A stretch of DNA of 64,000 bases from the human T2T-CHM13v2.0 reference genome, Homo sapiens. The stretch lies in assembly GCF_009914755.1 (NCBI RefSeq), contig NC_060944.1, one strand, 5' to 3'. Shown here piece after piece: positions 55,806-64,000 of the stretch. Position numbers and translations under genes: made by a program. Under the pieces are notes generated by a model. The model saw nothing but the letters and a program-made list of their open reading frames with translations. It did not search any database and was not told the DNA's origin. Numbering within the stretch: position 1 is the first letter of the stretch; the number at the start of each line of letters is the position of its first letter.

Positions 55806-57150
55806 GGGCTAAAGGAGTACAGGAGCCACTGTATATAATATGTCTATCCGTGCCTAGCACAGTGTAGGTGCTCAATAAATAGCAGTCAAAGTGAGCTGCC
55901 AAGCAAAACCATCAACATGGTTTTCATCTTTCAAGGTGCAAGCGAACTGTGGTTTTGTCTGAGACATTTGTGGAAAAGGGAAAAATAAAGAATCTGTTTA
56001 GTTTCTTATGAACAGCTGCTACCCAAATGAAGCCATGGGGCTCAGCAGCCATGAGCTGCTCTCTAGTGCTGGATTTCTTCGCAGGCCGTCAAATGCACTG
56101 AGGTGCTGAAATTACAAATTCTGCAAATTCCCCAGAAGACAATTTTGTGGCACGGATGACAGCAGCATGAATTCAGCCATTCAGCCAACTCAATCCTAAA
56201 GGTTGCTTGCTGGCTCCCGGAGGGGGGTTTCAGTTAATCTACTAGAGCCACGCTCTAGCCTCATCTTGTCCTTGAGGTGAACGAGTTACCCAGCCAACAG
56301 AAGTGGTGCTTCCTCTCTCTTTAGAAAGAATGGAACTTAACCCTGGCATACAGCAGGGTCCTACACTGAGACTCTCCTTCAGTCCAGTGGGTTTTGAGGC
56401 AGAGCCTCAGAATACAGAACTGAGGAATCATGTCTCGTATGTTGGTGTTTTTAGTAATGATAATGTCCACACATCTCCATAGAGCAGGAATTGATGCTTT
56501 ATTAATGATGTTTAATTAAAATTTAATTTCAAAGCATTCCTGCTCTCATGTTGTTTTGATAAAGGCTTTTTTTTCTTGGTGACAGGAAGAAGAAAGAGAG
56601 AAGTTAAGGAACGCCTTAAAGCTGGACTTGGGGTTTGCTGAGGCACAGGGAGGTAATCCTCAAAGAGCAGCTCAAGGTGGGCAAAGAATCTTTAAAAAGG
56701 TGCCCTGAGCTGCTCCTTGGGAAAACCTTATTGTTCATCTCCTGAGTCCTGAATTTTCATGCTGATTTTCAGCAGTGACTTCTCCCTCTCTAACAACCAG
56801 GAATTCCCTGTGAATATGAGTCACTAAACCATCCTTTTGCCCTGACTCTGTTTCTCATATCAGGCACCAAGCACACTGCCACTTTTTGAGCATCTACAGT
56901 GTATTTCCCACAACCAGTTAGATTTCTAGATGTCTGGACATGTCTACAGCTCTGAAGAGGTTTCCTAGGGGAGCTGGGAAGTTTCTCAACTGCCGGGGAT
57001 AGATGCTCCTTTGTGAATACCTTTTTGTTTTTTTTTTCTCCTGTGATTCACCACAAATATAGTACCTTATAACATGCTGGGTATTAGTCCAATTTCTTTA
57101 TATACCATGCCACTTAATGTGCACGAGAATCTATAAGATAAGTACTTTAA

Positions 57151-57447
<297 letters not shown>

Positions 57448-58224
57448 AATTAATTCCATTTTACAGATGAGGAAACAAAGGCACTAAGAGGTTAAACAAC
57501 TTGTCCAGGCATGCTTGGCTCCAGAGTGTACATTGTCTGACAGCGCACAATTCTACCTGCTGGAGGAAGGGGCTACAGATTTCTGAAACAATGAAGTCAG
57601 ATCTAGGGAAATCTTCCTAGAACTGGAAGTTTTACAGAGTCTACTCCAAGGATGACCCCAAAGACCAGTGTGTGGGGTCTGCAAAGAGGATGGCTACGAG
57701 GATGAACTGGAAGGGTGTAAGGGAGGGATGGATCATCAAAGTAGACTGTGTAAAACTTCCAGATCTAGGATGGGACATGGTGGAAGTGAGAATTAGGGGC
57801 AGGGTGAGAAGAGGCTGGCACTATTTCCCTTGTCTTCTCATGAGATTTTGCAGCTGAGAATGTGAATCTGGGTTCTACTCAGGGTCATAACTCTGAAGTA
57901 TTTAGAACTCGCTTAGATGAAACAAGAGTACTAGATCCTACTGAATCCCAGGAACACACAAAGAAAGAAGAAAATGAAAATGAAAAAAAGAAAACATGTC
58001 CTAAACAGAATTGCCACAGTAGAGGCTCTGTCTTCAAGTTCTAAGGCTAATCTGAGTCAAGCCGGGTATTTTCTTTATGCAGCTGACAATGCCAGTGCTC
58101 TGGCTAGACCTTTCAGACCTCTTTATACAATTTTTGTGAGACTCTATCCTTTACCTGCACATGCAGAGAGACAAAAGTTACTGAAATTTTACCTCTGAAT
58201 CTCTCCTCCCCATCCCAGACCCTA

Positions 58225-58475
58225 ACTGTTGGCTGGCAGCTTCCTTGCCTAACTTAGGACATCTGTGATGCATGGCCCACCCTGAACAGTTCCCTGAAGG
58301 CTCAGGTTGCAGCCAGTTTTTGCTGGACTTGGCCAAAAGTTGCACCTTGGCTTTCTCCCCTTCCTTGTCCCACTTCCCTCACTCCCCTCCCAGTCTCCCC
58401 TGGGAAAACTTTCTTAATCAGTCACATGCACACGAATCTTCATCTGAGTCTGATTCTCAGGAACTATCTAAAGCC
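58225..58475 (+). mobile_element. ERVL LTR16-like fragment
   Basis: ccttccttgtcccacttccctcactcccctcccagtctcccctgggaaaactttcttaatcagtcacatgcacacgaatc...tctgattctcaggaac. Confidence 0.55.
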
Positions 58476-59228
58476 ATCCCACAAGGCAAGAGGCAGCCTG
58501 GGCTGGCTGGAGGGGAAACTGAAATATGGTCATGGGGAAGTGTTTCTTAGGTAAGCCCTGGAACTGGCGAATTCTATGCTATCACTAAGGTAACTGCGGT
58601 GAGCCTGGGAAGAAACATCCAAGTCAATCTGGGGCAATCAAGGAAAGCTTCCTGGAGGAAGTAACATTTGAGCAAAGACTTGAAAGGTCAATAGAGGTTT
58701 CCTTGCAAACATGGAGGACAGGTCATTCCAAGCAGGAGAAATGGCATGGGTAAGGACAGAGAGGCAGGAAAAGTTATGTGTTCTAGCAGTAGTGGCTCTA
58801 GGTTCTTGGAGTCTCAAGTTATGAGGAAGATAAACTGCAGGAAGCATACCCATTAGAAATGGGGGTATGGAGGTGGGGTGGGTTTGGGAGGGAGACATGG
58901 AGGCTCCTAGGCTGGCTTTCAGGTCTCTATCTTGAGTTACTAGGTGCAGTTCATTGAGATAAGGAATACAGGAAAGTCAGTATAGAATTGGAGATTAGTT
59001 CAATTTCAGATACCTTGAGCTTGAGATGACTGTCATCCAGCCAGATGAATATTCAGTTCTGGGTGGATCCAATGTGTACGCTAAGCTTTTTATATCTATT
59101 TTCTGTTTTTAATTCTTACATAATTCAGCATTGTCTGACTTCCAAATTCAACATGTTTAAACAATGTGATACATGTTTTATCTTTCTGGAGGCATCAGTG
59201 CAGTCAAACCTTGGACAGAGAAGGTGGT

Positions 59229-59942
<714 letters not shown>

Positions 59943-60113
59943 CTGGTATAAAGCAAGAAGAGGGATGGGGGTACAAAAGGGCCAAAGCTGAGTGCAAGTC
60001 TATGGCAGAACTGTCACTGTGATGGGAAAGCACTCCCTGGAGTTGTGCAATGCACAGTTTACATAGTCCTTCATTGAAGGCCTAAGAAAAGAAAGGTGTG
60101 TGTGAGGGAATTA

Positions 60114-60659
<546 letters not shown>

Positions 60660-61423
60660 TTAGAGAACATTTTTCTTTACATCAATCTCCCTTGTCTTAT
60701 TTAAATACATGCATCTAATAGAAAACATAAATATATAAAAGGAAAACATCTTAAATAAATGTTAACCATAAAAATAAATGTGAAATTGTTAAATTCTTAA
60801 GGGTGCATCAAAGTGCCACTGAAAACCTTCTTGGTACCACACACAGCACACTCCTCGCTTCTGGGATACGCTTATTTAGACGGCTGCTGAGAGCTGACCT
60901 GCCTCCTTATACTGAATTCAGCCCCAGCCTGTCCCCTTGGAGGTCAGCCTCTCCTCTTCAGCCAACAACATCCAGATGCACTAGCTGGAAACTGAGTCAC
61001 AGCCTCAACCCGCAACACCCAGTTTATCCATGCGTTCATCATGACCCATTAACCCTGCTTTAGGATTTCCTCTCCTTTCCTTGACTACACAGTTCATCAT
61101 TTCCTAACCTCCTACAACAGTCTTCCATCCCTCTTTTTCTCCCCTGGTCCCTCTGGGAACATCATTCTAAAAGCTAATCTGAGCATGCCTTCTCACCCTA
61201 ATGCTGTCTCCCACTCCATGCCTCCTATTGATCTTGGTCCCAGATCACCATACATAATGTTGTCTATGTCTAATTTTATTAGGAATATTCTATTTATACT
61301 TTATGCACATTAAATAGATTTTTTTAATATAAAACAGGTTATAATAAACATGATGTTTTTCAAAAATCCTCACATGTAAAGCTCATTTTATGTTGAGGTT
61401 TAGGCATTTGTCTTTGGGGTGGC

Positions 61424-61751
<328 letters not shown>

Positions 61752-63904
61752 TAACTTCTCATGTGATAGATACACCCAGAAATTCTTGTGTCAGACTTTC
61801 TTATCTGGGAGGAGTCAGGCACAGGCTGGAGATTAAATCAGTACTTCTCCCCATACCTACAGAACTTTGCCCAATTATGTATCCTCTTTGGATCCACTTT
61901 TTAATTCATTTGTAAAATGATGATAATAATAGTAGCTAACCTCATGGCAGGGGGAAGAGGAAGTTAGATGAGATGCTTGTAAAGCAGTTAGAACTCAAAC
62001 TTAATAAGCACTCTACGTATGATAACTGGGGTGTGTTGTTTGTTTTGCAGTAATAGTAATAATATATATGTAATAGTAATAATAATAGTGTTCCGCATGC
62101 TGTGTCTACCTTGAATGCCTTGTGAGTGGCAGTGCTGGGAGCACCCTTATGCAAAATGATGGACTAGGTTTCCATCATTGCTCCAATCCCCTCAGAGCAT
62201 TTAAGGGTAAGGCTACCTCTGCACCAATGCAGCAATAAGAAAGAGGGGATGCTATTGGTGCTAGTTGATCTGTCCCTATGGGGAAAATATCCTGTAACTT
62301 GTGTCGGCGTCCTACCAAGGAACATAGTTCACAGGAATGTCAGGGAACCTGGCAAGCCCGCACAGAGCTGCCCACGTGGCTGCAGGAGTGAGGGTGTTGA
62401 GGATAGTGGGCAGCCCTGGCCCCTGATCAACTGAGGAATTCATGATCACTCTTACAGCCCAATTATTCATGCTCACAGGTCCTTTGGGCAAAGCAGAGCC
62501 AGCATCCCCAAATCAAATGGGTGACCCTGAGAATGTGACATTGAACAAGCTGTTGCTGAGGGCCTATTGTGGAATGGAAGGTGAAATGTGGTCCCTGTAG
62601 CTGGGGATTATGATTGGTGGGATTACGGCTGCTGGCTAAACATCTCGCAGTTGTACCGACTGCAATGAGAGCAGATGTACAGGCACACAGAGAGCAATAA
62701 ATGGCTTGCCTGGGAAGCCCCGAGCATCCCCATCAGCGTTGCCTAGCTGGGGCCTGTCCACTTGTCCAGGTGCCAGAACTCTCCTGGCAGAGAGCCACTG
62801 CCCCTGCTCAGGGCCTCTTCGACACTCCTCCCCTGGGTTTGCCCTCCAAACTGATGCCAAGCCCCAATACAACAGTCACCCACATGGCACTCTCACCTCC
62901 CTCCTGAGGCAGGGAGAAGAGGAACACTTAAGACCCATTTAAACCCAAGGCTAAGACCACATGTTATTGAACATCTTAAAATGTACCATATCTCATGTTA
63001 AATATAATTTTTGAGGTCTTTATTATGGCCTTAACCCACAAACAAAGCTATAAAGACAAAACACCACTGATGGAACTGTAGCCACAAGTGCTGGGCTCTA
63101 TCTTCTGAACCATCTTATGACCCTAGGAGGGAAGGATGGCCCACCCCACATTACAGATGAATAACCTGAGGTCCAGAAATGTGCAGGAATTAGTACAGAG
63201 TAGCAAGGCCAGCAGGTGACAAAGTGCGGTTTTGAACTTGTGTCTGCCTGACCCCACATGTAGTGTGCAAAGTAAAAACTCTCTGTAAGCTATCAGTTGC
63301 ACTCTCTATGTTGAAAATCTCACTACCTGGGAGGAAGGCATCACTAGCTCTGTCCTAGAGGAAACCAAAGCTCTTTGAGACAAAATAATTGGCCTAAAGC
63401 CACAGAGTGAGAGGCACAGCCAAGATATGAGGTCTGCCAGAGTAGAAAACCTGTGTTTTCTCAGCACCTTGACGCCACCGGAGACTGAGACCAGGGAAAG
63501 AACATAAATATGAGGCATGTCGCCTTCATCAGAAGTCTGGGGAGACTTGAAGACAATAGTGAGAGAAAGCCAAAATACTACAAGGCAAAAATGACTTGGG
63601 TCTCAGGAGCCTAGGACCTGCGGGAGAGAGTGGTACAGTGATGTAAACACATTTAGTGCAAAGCTGACCGCTGGCCTTTTGATCCCTGGTCTCCATTCTC
63701 CCTGGAGCTCACCTCTGGAGGTGTGCATATACACACATTTCTGCTCCTCTTAAAGGACTAAACAGGAGCATCTTTTTAAAGAAGACAAGGATATCGTGAT
63801 CTTGCCACACAGCAAAGAGACTCTTTGAGACCGGGAAAGTTGGGATACAGGAAAAGCCACTTGTTCCCTCTTGAGCATGTGTGACTGTCACGGCGGGCCC
63901 CGGG

Positions 63905-64000
63905 TACAGTGCTGCTGACTAGAGCGTGGCTTGAAGCGAGACTCTGGCACTCACTATCTGGGTGACCTTGGGCAAGGGCACTTCATTGCTGAGCCTCCAT
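63905..64000 (+). mobile_element. MIR (runs off the window end)
   Basis: tctgggtgaccttgggcaagggcacttcattgctgagcctc core. Other MIRs lie near 33100-33430, 35230-35370, 37440-37660, 50740-50930, 61830-62020 and 63110-63260. Confidence 0.65.

Noticed and set aside
56095-56112. REST/RE1-like GGTGCTGAA (and TCAGCACC near 63461)
   Set aside because: Only the left half-site is present; there is no GGACAG half at the canonical spacing.

Overview
Primate genomic DNA, very probably human chr20q12-13, lying inside the large neuronal receptor tyrosine phosphatase gene PTPRT (RPTP-rho), which is transcribed on the minus strand. Two coding exons are supported. 60212-60508 (297 nt, phase 1-1) encodes the second FN3 repeat. 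36167-36276 (110 nt, phase 1-0) encodes the start of the third FN3 repeat and is absent from the ORF track. From memory these are exons 8 and 9. They splice in frame across a 23,935-nt GT-AG intron. The rest is intron, dominated by L1, L2, MIR, Alu, LTR (MaLR, ERV1, ERVL, a HERV-H LTR7 solo LTR) and hAT DNA-transposon relics. Repeat subfamily names come from recalled consensus sequences, and boundaries without a TSD are approximate. Almost all ORF-track entries are chance or repeat-derived. I found no convincing new biological system. The best leads are regulatory or retrotransposition oddities: an intact LTR7Y-like promoter antisense to PTPRT, a paired POU-octamer/homeodomain motif cluster, a tiny TPRT-like micro-insertion in an Alu linker, a twin-primed L1MA, and an unexplained hairpin in unique intronic sequence.
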